Positions 40,691-55,290 of a stretch of DNA of 64,000 bases are shown here, in pieces; the first letter of the stretch is position 1, and each line of letters begins with the position of its first letter. A program made the position numbers and the translations under genes. The stretch is from Geosiphon pyriformis uo1. Lineage: Eukaryota; Fungi; Glomeromycota. Below the pieces are notes generated by a model. The model was given only the letters and a program-made list of their open reading frames with translations, did not search any database and was not told where the DNA came from. Location: assembly GCA_016748015.1 (NCBI GenBank), contig JAAOMT010000067.1:62001-126000 (forward strand), given 5' to 3'.

Positions 40691-41135
40691 ATAAGTAAAA
40701 TTATACTAGATTTTCTATACGAAAAATGTTCTAAAAGTGTTAATAAATCAATAAAATCTTTTTAAGTTCGTTATTTAAAAAATTTAATCTGTTCTTATTT
40801 CTATCATTCTTACTATCCCCCCTTATTTTTTAATTTTCCGAAATTTTCACGCGCTTTAAACAATGTTAGATTGTCGCTTAATCGCTTAATCTACAAGTAT
40901 CTAGAAAGATCTTTAAACAATTAGCCCCGTTAATAACAGGTTTCGGAACGTGTATACCGTAATAAATGAACCAGAAAATTTTTTAAGCTCATTTATTTTT
41001 TTTAAGGGAAATAATGTGTGAAAAAACTTTTGGGTTCTAGAATCATTAATCGTTTACGTATATTAAATACAAACATATATATAATAAATTTTTTTAAAAT
41101 ACAAAAGGTTATAATGTGTATATAAATGATTTTCC

Positions 41136-41166
<31 letters not shown>

Positions 41167-42037
41167 TGTCGTCGTCGTCTTCGTCGTCGTCAACAGAATT
41201 TCAAAATATTTGTATCCATCAATTAATTTCTTGATGATTTTTTATTTTATATCCAAAATTGGTATTAGCGAACCGCTATTCAAGCGAGAATGTGGTACCA
41301 TAATCTTGAAAAAGAAATCATGCTAAATTAAAAAAGCTTTTTTATGAATAAAAATAATCGTAATTTATTGATAATTATTGAATCATGTTTTAAGGTTTTA
41401 TTATCTACTTGACCCAAAGAGATCTTTATGTGCTAACTTTGATATAAATTTTTTATTTTAAAAAAAAACATAAAAACAAAAAATATCGAGACATAATGTT
41501 TTTTCAAAATATTCGGTACGGTGCGGTTCCCGACTTTTAAAAAATCGTGGAAAAAAATTTATTGGCGCAATATTTTTTTCATAAAAGGAAAAATGTTTTG
41601 AAAAAAAAGATTTTAATTGTAATTATTGAAATTACTTCATTGAAACCCAGGAAAGATATAAAGTTTTTTTTTGACAGAATATTTTTTGTTTGCTCAATTT
41701 TTTTTTTAATCGATCATGTATATAATATTATATTATCTATGATATATTATGTATGATATTATGTATGGTATTATGTATTTATGGTTCAAGGAGAAACTCC
41801 AACATTTTCCCCATTATAAGTTTTGCATGAATTAGGAAACTTTTTGATGCAAACTTTTCTTTTCAAATCATGAAAACTTTTTTGGTAACGGTTTTTTTTT
41901 TTTTGATTGAAACCTTCAATATACATAAAATCAAATCTTGCATAAGAAATATATCTTTTTTTAATTCAATTCAATTTAATTTATGAGATATAATTTTCAA
42001 TAATAGATGACACGATAATGAGTTCCACAAGCTTTGA

Positions 42038-42099
42038 TGTTGTTGCTGTTATAGTTGTTGTAGTTGTTGTTGTTGTTTTTGTTGTTGTTGTAGTTGTAG

Positions 42100-42160
<61 letters not shown>

Positions 42161-42190
42161 ACTTGTGGTTGTGTTTGTTGTTTGTGGTTG
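42038..42190. repeat. (GTT)n microsatellite
   Basis: Direct reading. Confidence 0.95.
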
Positions 42191-43349
42191 TTATAAAAGT
42201 TGGTATCATCGGATGGATAATTTTTTCACGCGTTTTTGAACAATGATCATTGAATTGTTTGTTATTTATTCATTGGGAAAAAAAATATGGAAACCGTTGA
42301 TGGAAAATTTCAGGCTCGGTGAAACATTTTTTGCATAAATTATGAAATTACATGATGTTATGGAAAAAAAAATTTATGTTGACCATTAATTGATTATATA
42401 ATTTAAATGATTAGGTGAGAATGTTTGATTGTGAAAAAGGATATCGAGCCTTATGAATTCCATGTTTTTTTTTATCTCAAATTATCCCCAAATTAGAGAA
42501 CTTTATACATGTACATTTTTTTTTCGGTAGCATTTAAAAAAAGAATAAATTTTTAAACTGTATTTCAATGAAACTCCAATTCGGAAAGTTCTTTGTGTGG
42601 ACAAAGAAATTGGTCGGTCGGATTCCCAAGTTTTTTGCACCGGAAAATTACTACTTCTAATTATAGTATTCTTTTGATGGATTAACATTTGATTGTTGTT
42701 GTTATTTTTGTTTTTGTTGTTTTTTGTTTTTGTTGTTTTTATTTTTGTTGTTTTTGTTTTTGTTTTTGTGTTTGTGTTTGTGTTTGTTGAAACTTTATAT
42801 ATATGTATATATGATAAATTGAGAAAGTTATAATGTTTCATTATTTACTTTGAGTTCATTAAAACCTTGGATTCATTTTTCTTCACTTTTTGATCAATTT
42901 TGATTAAAATAATAATAAAAGTAATAAAATCACAATTCGTTTTTCTCATTATAAAAAAAAACTTTATTGATGCAAGCATATGTCATTTGCATAAATGATG
43001 ATAAACTTAATATAAAAGTAGACAAACAAATCATTGATCTAATATGACGTATTGACACTATTGTCTATCAATCTCAGTGTTGCATAGGCAAACTTTTTGT
43101 GTGTGTGTGTGTGTGTGTTTGTGTATGTCTCTTTTCGTGAGATTGCGTATAGAAGCTTCGAGAGCTAGAATTATGATAAGAAGCGTGCGAAATTTTAATT
43201 GAATAGCGTCAGATATAAAGATTCTTGATGCATACCATATTTGTTACCAATCTTCACTTTTTGTGACGCTATTTCTTAACAAAAAAGAAATTTTCAATAA
43301 AATGTTTCAGGATGAATCATCATCATCATCATCATTATTATTAATTACT

Positions 43350-43389
43350 AATTATTATTTATTATTTATTATTTATTATTTATTATTTA

Positions 43390-43470
<81 letters not shown>

Positions 43471-43477
43471 GTTATTA

Positions 43478-43550
<73 letters not shown>

Positions 43551-43595
43551 GCTATTATGTTATTGTTGTTGTTGTTGTTGTTATTGTTGTTATTA
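43350..43595. repeat. (TTA)n/(TTG)n compound microsatellite
   Basis: Direct reading. Confidence 0.95.
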
Positions 43596-44209
43596 TGGTT
43601 TTTTTCTTGCACACGAAATTCATTCAAACTTAAAACTTGAACAAATATTACCGATTTTATTACAATTCTCAAATGTTATTCAAAAAAAAATTAAAAAATT
43701 TTGAATTACATAAAATATCTTACAAATAATTCATGGGTCCATACTTAAATCATTATTACCCATAAAAAAATCGATATTTCTTCTTTTCACAATTTTTTTT
43801 CCTATTATTAAAATTTCTTGAAGAAACAAATCTATTAATAGAAACATCGAATTATATATTTTAAAATTATATATATATATTTTAAATTATAAAAACAAAA
43901 TATCTAATTTTGGTAAAAATTTTGTTTTTTTTATTAATATTTTTGGGTAAAAAATATGTTTTAATACAAAAATCTTTTTTAGTTAAAAAAAAAATATATA
44001 TATATATATATATATTTATAATGAACTTAATTTTTTTAATTATATTAAATTCATCAAGTTATTTAATAAAAATTTTATTGCTTTTAACAAAATTTTTAAA
44101 TAATATTTTTTTAAAGCAGTTTTTAATTGTTATTAAAATACTATCTTTGATTTTAATAATAAAAATTTTTTTTTATTTAAAGTAACTAATTAAGATCAGT
44201 TTTAATATA

Positions 44210-44250
<41 letters not shown>

Positions 44251-44568
44251 CACAAAAAGTTTAAAATTTTTTAATAGCAAATTAATATTAAAACTGTTTT
44301 TTTTTTCTATATTATTTTTTATATTTATTCAAATAATTAAAAAACAATCTCTCTTTATTTTTTAATTTAAAGCAATTAATCATTTTAAAATGCCAAAAAA
44401 AGGTTTTTAAAACATTATTTTTATTTTAAAAACTGTTTTTCTTTTATAAAAAATAAAATATTGGTTTTACTTAGGTTTTTTTAATGTTTATATTAATTTT
44501 TTATTACAATTGTACTAATTACAATACTTATTTTGAATTTAGTTATAAATAATAATTTTTTTTATTTA

Positions 44569-44601
<33 letters not shown>

Positions 44602-44712
44602 TAATTAACTTATTAAATTTTACATAATTTTTTTAATTTTAATTGGTTACTAAAAATAATATTTAATTTTTTTATATAAAGTTTATATTTTAAGCTTTTT
44701 TAAATATTATTT

Positions 44713-45596
44713 TAGGTTTTGGGATTTTGGATAATAGTTTGCACTCAAACATTAATTGGCTTAGCTCATCATTAGTGTGGCATCTTGACTTGCACATGAT
44801 AGCTAGTTTTACTAGTAGATCTATTGCTAACACTCGAACATATTTTATGAAGACTTTATATTATCAGCTGCCAGTAGCAGTTCAAAAGCATCTGTATAAC
44901 AGATGTTACTCTAGTGTACTGTGTTTATATTGTGGTAATTTTGAGGTTTCTGATCATGCTTTTTCTTGCATAATTAATAATCCTGTTTATTATCATTTGT
45001 TAGATGCTCATGTGACTGCTTGGGATGTGCTTTTTGGTCTTACTGTCTTCTCTTCAGTTGTTTCTCAAATGTTGTCCTTTTGTATTTCTAATGTTGCAGT
45101 TTACATGGCTGTTTGTAAGAGCTTTGTTTTCAAGAAGTGGCTTTGAGAAGCTGTATTTGTCTTTAAGAGTTCCAAATTAGCTGGTCAAAAGATTGTAAAG
45201 TTTGTGTGTAATTTCTGTCTTGCTTTCAAGGATAAGATTTGGTTGGTTCGTGCTAAGCATTGTGTTTTCATGAAAAAGAATGGGCTAATATTATGTGATG
45301 GTTTAGCTCTGGTTTTGGTTTTTGGGTTGTCTACGGTGCTTTCTACAGATGTGATTAAATTGCTGAGTATTGTTGAAGCATTCAGCATTGGTTTTGGATT
45401 TCATAGATTTAGTTTGTTTTTTTCAGATTTTGGAAACTCAATTTCGGTATATATAAGTGCTTAGTGTTGTTTTAATTGGCCTGAGTAGCTGGTTGCATAT
45501 AAAAAATACATGATTTATACTTAGTTTAGATCAATCATTTGATGTATTGTACTAGGTAGTGTTTGAATCTTACTCATGAAACATAATAAAAAAAAT
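44713..45596 (+). mobile_element. 5'-truncated LINE: ORF2 C-terminus, 3' UTR and A tail
   Basis: INWLSSSLVWH..RTYFMKTLYYQLP..CLYCGNFEVSDHAFSC (zf-RVT-type CCHC), IWLVRAKH, stop at 45464, about 125-bp UTR then ATAATAAAAAAAA; CpG-poor. Confidence 0.85.
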
Positions 45597-45651
45597 ATAT
45601 ATATTATTTTATAAATTAAGTTTATTAAATTACTTTTTTTTTATTTTTAAA

Positions 45652-48600
45652 ATTACAAAATTTTTTATAGTATTTGTGTTTTTTTTGTTTTTATAATTTT
45701 GTATAATGTTTTTTTGGATTTTTTTTAATAAAATCAAAAATATTTTAAGTTTTTTTGGTAAAATTATAAATATTAAGTTAAAATTTATTAGTTTATAGCA
45801 ATATTTTATTGCATATTTTAAGTTTTTTAAATTTATTAATGTTGTTTTTTACTTGTTAATCAATTTTAATAATAAAAAATAGTATTAAATTTTTTGTTTT
45901 TTATTAATTAAAAAAAAAGTTTTTGGCTTTTATAATACTTTAAAAATTAAATTAATCGATTTTTTTTTGGTTGTACAATTTTTAAAATTAGTAATTTGGT
46001 TTTTTAAATAAATAATCAAATTTGTTTTATTTTCTAAATTTTAATACTAATTATTTTTAATAGTTTATTATTATTATTTTTAAATTTAAAAAAAAGCTTT
46101 TAATAAAATAATTATTAAAAATAATACTTTATATAAAAGTTATTATTAATAAAAAAATTTTAAATATTAAAATTGTTATAAATTTAAAAGTTAAATCATC
46201 TAATATTTATTTGTAAAACTTTTATTCCTATTTTTTTCAAGCAAAATTTTAAGTTTATTGCTATATTTAAGATTTTTGTTAATTTATTAAATTTATGTTT
46301 TATATTAAGACTGTTGTTTTTTTATTAATGTTTTTTTTTGGTTTTCTGATTTTTTTGTTAATAAAATTCATATATTTAATTTGGTTTTTTTGAAATTTAA
46401 ATCACAAAATTTATTTAATATTATTGAATTTATAATTACAAAGATTAATTTTTTGGTAAATTTAGTTGTCTTTCTTTTGACTGCTTAAATTAATTATGTT
46501 ATAAATATTAAAATTTATGTTGATTATTAAATTTTATATTAAATATATTGTTAATTTAGCTATTATTGTGTTTAAAGATTTTAATCAATCTAAAAACAGA
46601 CATAATACTTAAAAAACAAATAATTGTAATTTTAAATATTGTAAATTATGTATTATTAATTATAAAAAATAAGATTAAGTTTAATAAAAATATAAATAAA
46701 AAATAATTACAAAAACTTGTTAAATGTTTTAATTTTAAAAAATAAATATTTAATTATTAATATAAGTTTAAATAATTAATTATGTATTATAAAAAACATA
46801 AATTAAATCTATTGTTTAACTTTTAAAAATAAACACAATATAAATTTTTAGTAAAATTATACTTAGTTAAAACATAATAAAAAATAAATACTTATTTATT
46901 TTTTAAATCAATAATATTTAATGTTTTTATTTTATTAAAATAATTAGCAAATATTTATTTATTATAAATATTTTAAATTTATTTTTGTTAATTATAATGA
47001 TTAACAATTAAAAATAATTTTTTAAATTAAAAACATTTATAAAATAAAATTTTTTTATTTTATTATTCAAATTATATTAGGTAGTATTTGAACCTCACTC
47101 ATTAAATATAATATTCAAAAAAAAATTATTAAACATAATCTTTTTATAATATATTAGTTTTGATAATAGTTTTATTGAATGGTTTTTTAAATTTAAAAAA
47201 TTAATTATTAATTTTAATGTTTATATAATCAAAAAAAAATGCTTTTTTAATAATTAAAAACTAAAAATAGGTTTAAATATTAATATAATTTTAAATAAAA
47301 ATTTAATGTTATTATAATATTATATTAATTTAATAAAATATTTTTAATGTTTGTATAAGATTAAATTTAAATATTATATAAAATTATTATAATATATAAA
47401 ATCAATTTTATAAATATTTTAATTGCTATTTTTTTCCAAAAAAACAAAAAAATTTGAAGATTAAAGGATATTTATATCGTTAATAAGAATAATATAACTG
47501 TTATAATTATATATTTAATGTTAGTACTTTTATAATTTAACAATAAATATCAATTGTATTTTTTATTAAATATTAATTTTATATACTTTACAAAAACCAA
47601 TAATATATAAATTAAAAAAAATCTCAAATATATGAGTAATTTAAAATTATTATTATAAACTTATAATAAAAAATAATTCTAATTTTAAATCAATTTTATA
47701 GTTTTAAAGTTTTATTTACATATTTTTAAAAAGAAATTAATAATTTAGTAATTGTATATTAATAATTTGGTTAATAATTAGGATAATAATTAAATTAATA
47801 ACTTATTTTAAAATAAAATAATTAATATAAATAATCTTTATAATATTTATATAACTAAAATCTAAAAATATTAATTGTAATAATATTATATAATAAACAT
47901 AAATTTAAAAATATGAATAAAATCACAATAATAATAAATAAATAAAAAATTTATTAAATATTATTATTAACTAAAATTTAGGCCATAATTATTACAAAAA
48001 TTAAAATTATTTTATTTTATTTAAATAATTTTTAATATAATGTTTTAATTTTATATTAAATTAGCATAAATACTATAATTAAAATATATAAAATTTTAAA
48101 CTTTAAATACAAAAACAATTAAGCAATTTAGACTAAATTTAAATTGTTTAAACAAAAATTCATATATTTTAAATAGATTTTAAATAGTTTAAATAAAGTT
48201 TAATTAGTTAAATTAAAATTAATTAAAGTTTTTTAAAAATAATAAATAGTTTAATAAAATTTATTGTTTTAAAAATTTAGCGAAAATTTCAAAAAAATAA
48301 AAGCTTAAGAACATAAAATAATATAATAAAAATTTATATAAAAAATAGCTTTTATTAAAAAAATGTATTTTATAATAAATATTCAACAAAAATAATAACT
48401 TATATTTAAAATAAAAACTTTAAATTTACAAAAAACTAATTTTTAATATTTTTTTAACAAATCTAATAAAATTTACAATATATTATTTATTTTAAAATAC
48501 CAAATTTAAGATAAATATTATTTTTATTGCTTAAAAAAAATTGATTTTAAAATTTATAAAAATTATAATAATTTATTATTATGTTTATATTTCAAAAAAA

Positions 48601-50515
48601 AAGTTTTTAAAATTCAATAAAAATTAATAAATAAACAATTTTTTAATGGTTAAATTATTATATTTAAAAATATTTTATAGCTAAAATTAGATAATATTTG
48701 CTTAAAAAACTTAAATTTGAATATTAGTCTGTAATATTTTTTTTAAATACTTTAAAAATATATTATATTAATAAAAATACGTTAAAATTTTAGCAGTAAT
48801 ATAAAAGTAATATATTTAAACTTATTATTAATATTATAATTATTATTAATAAAATAAAAAATAAAAATAAAAAAATATTTATTATTAATATATATATATA
48901 TTAAAATATTGATAAAAAAAATAATAAACTAATTTTAAAAAATAATATTTTAAAAAATAGTATTTTAAAAACATTAACATAACAATTAATAAACCAAATT
49001 AAAAAATATAAAAACATTAAATTATATATTTATAATAGAAAACATAATTAATAATATTAATAAATTTTTTAATATAGTTTAAAAAATATTTAATTAATAA
49101 AAAATTAATACATTTAATAAATCAAACCAAATAATATTTAATAAAATATATTTAATATGATTTTTGAAAAATTATAATTGATAAATATTAAAAAAAATTT
49201 AACCAAAATAGTTTTAAGTTTTATAAATTAAAATAAATTGGGTTAAAATTTAAAAACATTAGTAAAAAAATAAAAACATTAACTAATTGTTAAACAATAA
49301 AAAAATTAAATACTTATACAACAATTATAATAAAATATATATTTAACTAATAAAATTAACAATATTTAAAAAAATATTAAAAATACAAAAAATACAATAT
49401 TAATAAATTAAAACTGTAAAAAAATTAAATATTTATAAAGTTATTAAAAGCTTTTAAATTGTTAAAATTTTAATAAAAAATAATTAAATATTGTAAAATA
49501 TATTGTTTAATTTTTAATTTATGTTTAATATAAAAAACTAATAAAAATATAAAAAACTTAGATATTAAGTTTTTAAATTAGAAAAAATACTATTAAAAAA
49601 ACAAATTATATAATTTATTTAGTTAATTGTATTTACAAAAATTAATATTATATTCAAATAAACAAAAATTTTGTTTTGTTTTTTAAATATTTGTATATTT
49701 TAAAACATAATAAAATTATGTATTAATTTTAGCTTAAATAAAAAAGATAAAATTTAAAACAAATTTAATTAAAGCAAAATATTTTTATTTAAATATAATA
49801 ATTAATTTTATATAAAAATAAGTTTTTTTTAATGCTATTATAAAATGTAATCTTATTATATTTATTTATAATATACAATTAATTATTTAAACTTAAATTA
49901 ATAAATACTTAGTTATTTTTTAAATTAAAAGTATCTAATACTTTAATTTTACTAAAATATTTAGCAAATATTTGTTTATTTTTATTAAATTTAATTTAAT
50001 TTTTTATATAATATATTTTTTTATAATTAATAATAATTAATTTAATATTTTTAAAGTTATAAGTATTTATAATCTAAATTTTATACTTATTTTTAAACTA
50101 ATTAAAATTTTAACTATAGTAATTATTAAGTTAACAACATATTCAATTTAAGCTTTTAAAAAAAAATTAATTTTGGTAATTATAAAAAAGTAACTAAATT
50201 TACCAAAAATTTAATTTTTGTTATTATAAATTGAATTTAAAAACCAATTTATTAATCAATTTAGTCTTAAATATATCTTAAAAAATTTTAATAAAATTTT
50301 TTATTATCAAACTAATTAACAAGCAAAACAATTTAAAAAACTTAAAATATATAATAATATTATATTATAAATCAGTAAACTTTAACTTAATACTTAAAAT
50401 TTTATTAAAAGCACTTAAAACATTTTTAATTTTATTAGAAAAAAAATTTAAAAGAACATTATACAAAATTATAATAACAAAAACAAAAGCAAATATTATA
50501 AAAGATTTTGTAATA
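45652..50515. repeat. Extremely AT-rich decayed region bounded by long inverted repeats
   Basis: 45652-45900 aligns to the reverse complement of 50280-50515; 46425-46480 aligns to the reverse complement of 50180-50235. Confidence 0.7.
47071..47125 (+). mobile_element. Tiny 3'-end-only copy of the LINE family
   Basis: attatattaggtagtatttgaacctcactcattaaatataa..A9 vs attgtactaggtagtgtttgaatcttactcatgaaacataataA8 at 45546. Confidence 0.7.
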
Positions 50516-51634
50516 GTTTTTTAAATATCATTAAAAACAGTATTATTAAAAAACAGAAAAAATAAAAGTGTTTTAGTTTTTGTTTTATTAATATAATTTT
50601 TAAAAGTTTTTATTGGCTTAAATGGCTAATTAAATTTAAAAAATACATGATATATATATATATTTAAATATTTAGATATTGTAATTTATAATAATGATTG
50701 GATTATATTTAATAAAACAGATTAAATCAAAATAAAAAGTAATATTAATAATATTAATATTATTCTATTTAATTATATTTTTAATATAATATTTAATTAC
50801 ATTGTTCATTAAAATTCAAATATATTTTTACTTTATTTTAGAAAAAATCAAGTAAAAATATATATGTGTGTATAATATAAATACATATATAAAATAAGAT
50901 AGAGTCTTCTAAGTTATTAAAATGATAAGATTTCGATAAATCAATATAAATCAATAAATTTATTAAATTTATGATTTTTTGAACAATTATTCGTAATTCG
51001 TAAATCTCGCATTTTATTTATTTTTAAAATGTTTAAATATTAGTAGAAATTATAATAGCAAAAATAGATATCTATTCTCTTAATTTTAATATTAAAAAAT
51101 ATTCATATTAAAAACACTTTATTTGAAAAATATATAATATATGGTCTTATTTTTATCAAAGCATTTACTATATTTCAAATTAACTCGCACAATTAAAGTA
51201 AGTACGACAATCTATCAGTTATGATTTCAATTAAAAGACGACCAAGGCAACCTTTACCTCAAAAATGATTTTAAAACGTAATAAATTTTATTTTACTTTT
51301 CAGACAGATAACGTGGCCACTAAATAAATAAACCCCTACGCTGAAGAGGTTGTTACTGCTTAGCATAAGTCAAAGGGTTCACAGTTTAATTTGCTTTGAT
51401 AAATTCCCAGTTATTATGAAACTTGAAAATTCCAGTTATATTTGTAATTTGTAATTTTGGGTCTTGGAAAATTCATCAGAACAATCATTTGAGATCTTAA
51501 ATGAGATCGATAGATTCAATAAACTAAAATATATGTTATTCAGCCTGACCCAAATTTAGGGTATCACCAACATCGGAGTTTTTTAATTACTGAAAAAACT
51601 TGCACGTCAGCCGCTGAATATACGAAACTTTTAG

Positions 51635-51711
51635 TGAATGAATGAATGAATGAATGAATGAATGAATGAATGAATGAATGAATGAACGAACGAACGAACG
51701 AACGAACGAAC
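51635..51711. repeat. (GAAT)n(GAAC)n compound microsatellite
   Basis: Direct reading. Confidence 0.95.
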
Positions 51712-52484
51712 CATTTGGCAACTTTTCCCATAGGTGATATAGGTAGGGTTCGCAAAATAATCAAGGTTGAACTTTGGAAATCAATAAAAATCAAGTAAAT
51801 GTATAAGAAATGCTTTCCAATTTCTCAATTAATTATGTAGATAATAATAAAATACTGTCCCAAAAAAATTTAAAGTTTAAGCTTACACTTATATAAATCT
51901 TGATAGGGTAACACAATAGACGACACACCAATTGAGTATATTGAGTTGTGTAGATTGTTGGACGAGCCATTTGAGAAAGACTCAATGTTGTTCAAGTGGA
52001 GAAACGACTCAATGAAATTCAATGGTAATTCGTAACCTGTTCTTGCTTTGATGGGTCCTTCCTTGGATTTTGGGGTGATTTCCCATGTTTCTTAATTCAT
52101 TAGTCACAATGACTTTGGGCAAGACATGAGTTTTTCATTGAATAAAACTTTTTGGGCAAGAGTCTTATTTTGACATTAACTGTTTATCGAATAAGTCAAA
52201 GCGGACGTTCTCCATTTTATATGCAGCGGGGTCTATCGCGGATAGAACAAATCAAAATACCCCGTAAATTAGGTTTTAATTTAATCTGAATGCTTTTTAA
52301 TTTACCCAGATCCTCTGATCAAATTGTTGAAGTCATTAATCCTAACAGTATGAGCAATCAAAGAACGAAAACACTTGATCAAGAATTCTATCAACTTTGG
52401 CGAACCATGTAATGTTTCAAATTTGAGTAGCAATTTCAGATTATGTGATGTATTTATTTATCGAGAACGAAATCTTTGACCTGA

Positions 52485-53150
52485 GACTTCAATAAATGAA
52501 GGAGCATTTATCGTTATCAAAAATTTACGTTACGGCATCACTTTTAAAATTTGTGAGTGTAAAGGGTTCTTTGAATAATTGTTTTTTAAGTCATTGTTAC
52601 ATCAATCGAATTGAGTATCTTACAAGAAAAAGAAAGAGCATTTAAACCCTATTCGGGAACAGCAGAGGTGGGAGATTCAAATGCACAAAACAATCTTGGA
52701 AGGCGTTATCAAAATGGATGAAGAACAACGAAAAACCTGAAAAAAGCATTTGAAATCTATTAAGGAAATTCAGATGCACAAAACAATCTTGGAAAGTGTT
52801 ATCTAAATGGATGAGGAACAACGGAAAGCTCTTTAAGATCAGCAAAGGAAATTCAGACGCACAAAGCAAACTTGGTAGGTGGTGCCAGCATCAAAACGGG
52901 GTGAGAACTTGGAAAGAGCAGTTCAAAAGCAGCAGAGGCGGGAAACTCAAATACGCAAAACAGTCCTGGAGAGTTTTACGAAGATGGATGGGTGGAAGGA
53001 AGGATGGAAAAACCTGGAAAAAGCACTTGAACTCTATTCAAAAGCAGCATAGGTGGGAAATCCAAATGCACAATATAGCCTTGGAAGGTGTTATAAAGAT
53101 GGAAAAGGAATGACTAACGATTTAGAAAAAGCCTTTCGGCTATTTTCAAG
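52485..53150 (+). pseudogene. Sel1-repeat pseudogene, paralog of the 5' half of the gene at 19794
   Basis: gaaggagcatttatcgttatcaaa matches 19845-19868; repeats AAEVGDSNAQNNLGRRYQNG and AQYSLGRCYKDGKGMTNDLEKAFRLF with frameshifts. Confidence 0.85.
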
Positions 53151-55290
53151 AGAAAAAGTTATGGAAATCGAGTTGGAAGGAGGAAGAGTGATTTGAGGAG
53201 GAACTCCTGAGTGGAAAATTCTATCAACTTATTTATGTGAGACAAATTTATATGAAGAATCGGTTATAAATTCAGGGGACAACACTAATAAATCTTTTAG
53301 TAAGTCATGTAACCAATAACAGATAACCAAATGATTGTTGATTTTTAAATCACGGGGTATTAATGTGACATTACAGAATTTGTTCAATGTTTGACATATG
53401 ATATATTTTCAAGTTAAATTAATTTATTTCATTTGATTTGATCATTTGTGGGAATAGAAGGGAGGGGGGGCGTATAATGAATAAGGAGTAGAATTAATTG
53501 TAGTACAACTTTCAATAATAGAATATACTGTACATTAAAAAGCTATAGATATTGTTAAAGAAGGGTAGCTTTCGCTTGCAAAGTGGAAAAGGGTATGTTA
53601 TTTTTTTTTTTGATATCTCATTCGCGATTGCCAAATCCCAAGACCGTGAACTATTGTAAATAAATTATTATGTTCCTCAACGATGATGAACAATATCACA
53701 CTAATAAATTTCATATTATTATTTAGGTGTTATTGTTAATTTATCAGTCCAATAATAAATAATGTGCATATCTTCATTTTCAGAAAATCTTGGTTACAAA
53801 GGTTTTTGTCGTATACTTTCTGAGTTCAGGATTGATTATTCATCAGAATTGGAAAATTTTGAATTTAATAATGTTTAAATGTAAAATTATTTAAAGAGAT
53901 TGAAACGTGAATTAATTTGGTTTTTTAGATTGAGTTATATAACTTCGAAATGTGTTTTTTTTCTTGAAATAAATTATAAAAGTAGTTAAAATGTTTTTTC
54001 TTGTCTAAATAGTCTTTGAAATATTTTATTCTTGAAAATGGAGTTTTTCATCACAGCTTTTTTTATTAAATTTATTTGTTCTAAAGACAATTTTTACTTT
54101 TTATATTTATGTTGATATATTAATTTTTAAAATTTATACTGATTATATTTTAAGTTAAACAACTGTATTTTATTGAATTTATATTTTTTGATAATTTTAT
54201 TTGAAATGAAATAATTTTATTTTTTTCTATTAAATAACATTTTTTACATATTAAATGAAAAAATTGCTGTTTCAAGTTTTTCATTCAACAAAATATCAGC
54301 CATTCTATTAATCAAAAACCGAATCTGGTTTTGAATCGGGCTCGGTCTTTGATTATTGCCTTGGCTGCATGATCTCCGTTTATGTAAAAAAGATTGCATT
54401 CTTCACATGTTAAAATCAGGAACATTAAATAGAGAGAGACGATTATTTTCCTCAATACGGTTCATTCGGAACATTGAGATAATCAAATAATTTGTCTTTG
54501 ATTTTACCCTTGTGAAAACTCCCTCTCATTCTAATTATTGTTCTTATTTTTGAAACCTACTTTGTCAATATTTACCTATTTATTTTGGTCGCATAATCAT
54601 TTGAACTAAGAAAAAAAGAAGTTTCTATCGGCGTTTAAATGCTGCCAATAATTATCATGCTTACGTTGATCTTGACAAGGTAAATTAGCTCCGCTTATAA
54701 TTGACTAATAATCAATTAGATTTGTATTCACTCACTTTCTTTTAAGATTTCTTTAATTAATCCTAAATAAAATTCTGTTGGCCAAATGACAATCAGTTTT
54801 TAGTTTTATTAATATCACATGAGGTTAAAAATCTATTTTAAAACACATGATACATATTTATGTCATAATGATCATTAAAATAATGCAAAAACACAATATT
54901 ACAACCCAGTTAAACAGTTTGATTATTTTTTATTACCCAACTCGACTATTCTTAAAAGTTAATTATTTGCTTTACCTAAAGTAAATTATTAATATATATT
55001 TAATAATTTTTTTATCAGAATAAAAAAAATGACAAACGTTTATTAATTTACTAAAAAGGTGGTAATATCCTAACATATTTCAACACATCAGACATAACAA
55101 AGTTTTTTTAAGATCTATTTATTTTTTAGTTCAACAAACCCAAAAATAATATTATTTTTATATAATATTTTTTATTGCTTTAACATATAATTGTTTATAT
55201 TAAAATTTTTTACTTTAATTAAAATTTATTATACGGAGCGTGCTGCAACAAAACCAGCAAAAATGAACTTGTGAAGTGACTTTGAAGAAT

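Noticed and set aside
39760-44185. Poly-Y/I/V/N ORFs in the ORF track
   Set aside because: Translations of microsatellites.
54290-54720. Possible degenerate BTB/BACK fragment
   Set aside because: Only faint similarity and no sustained frame.
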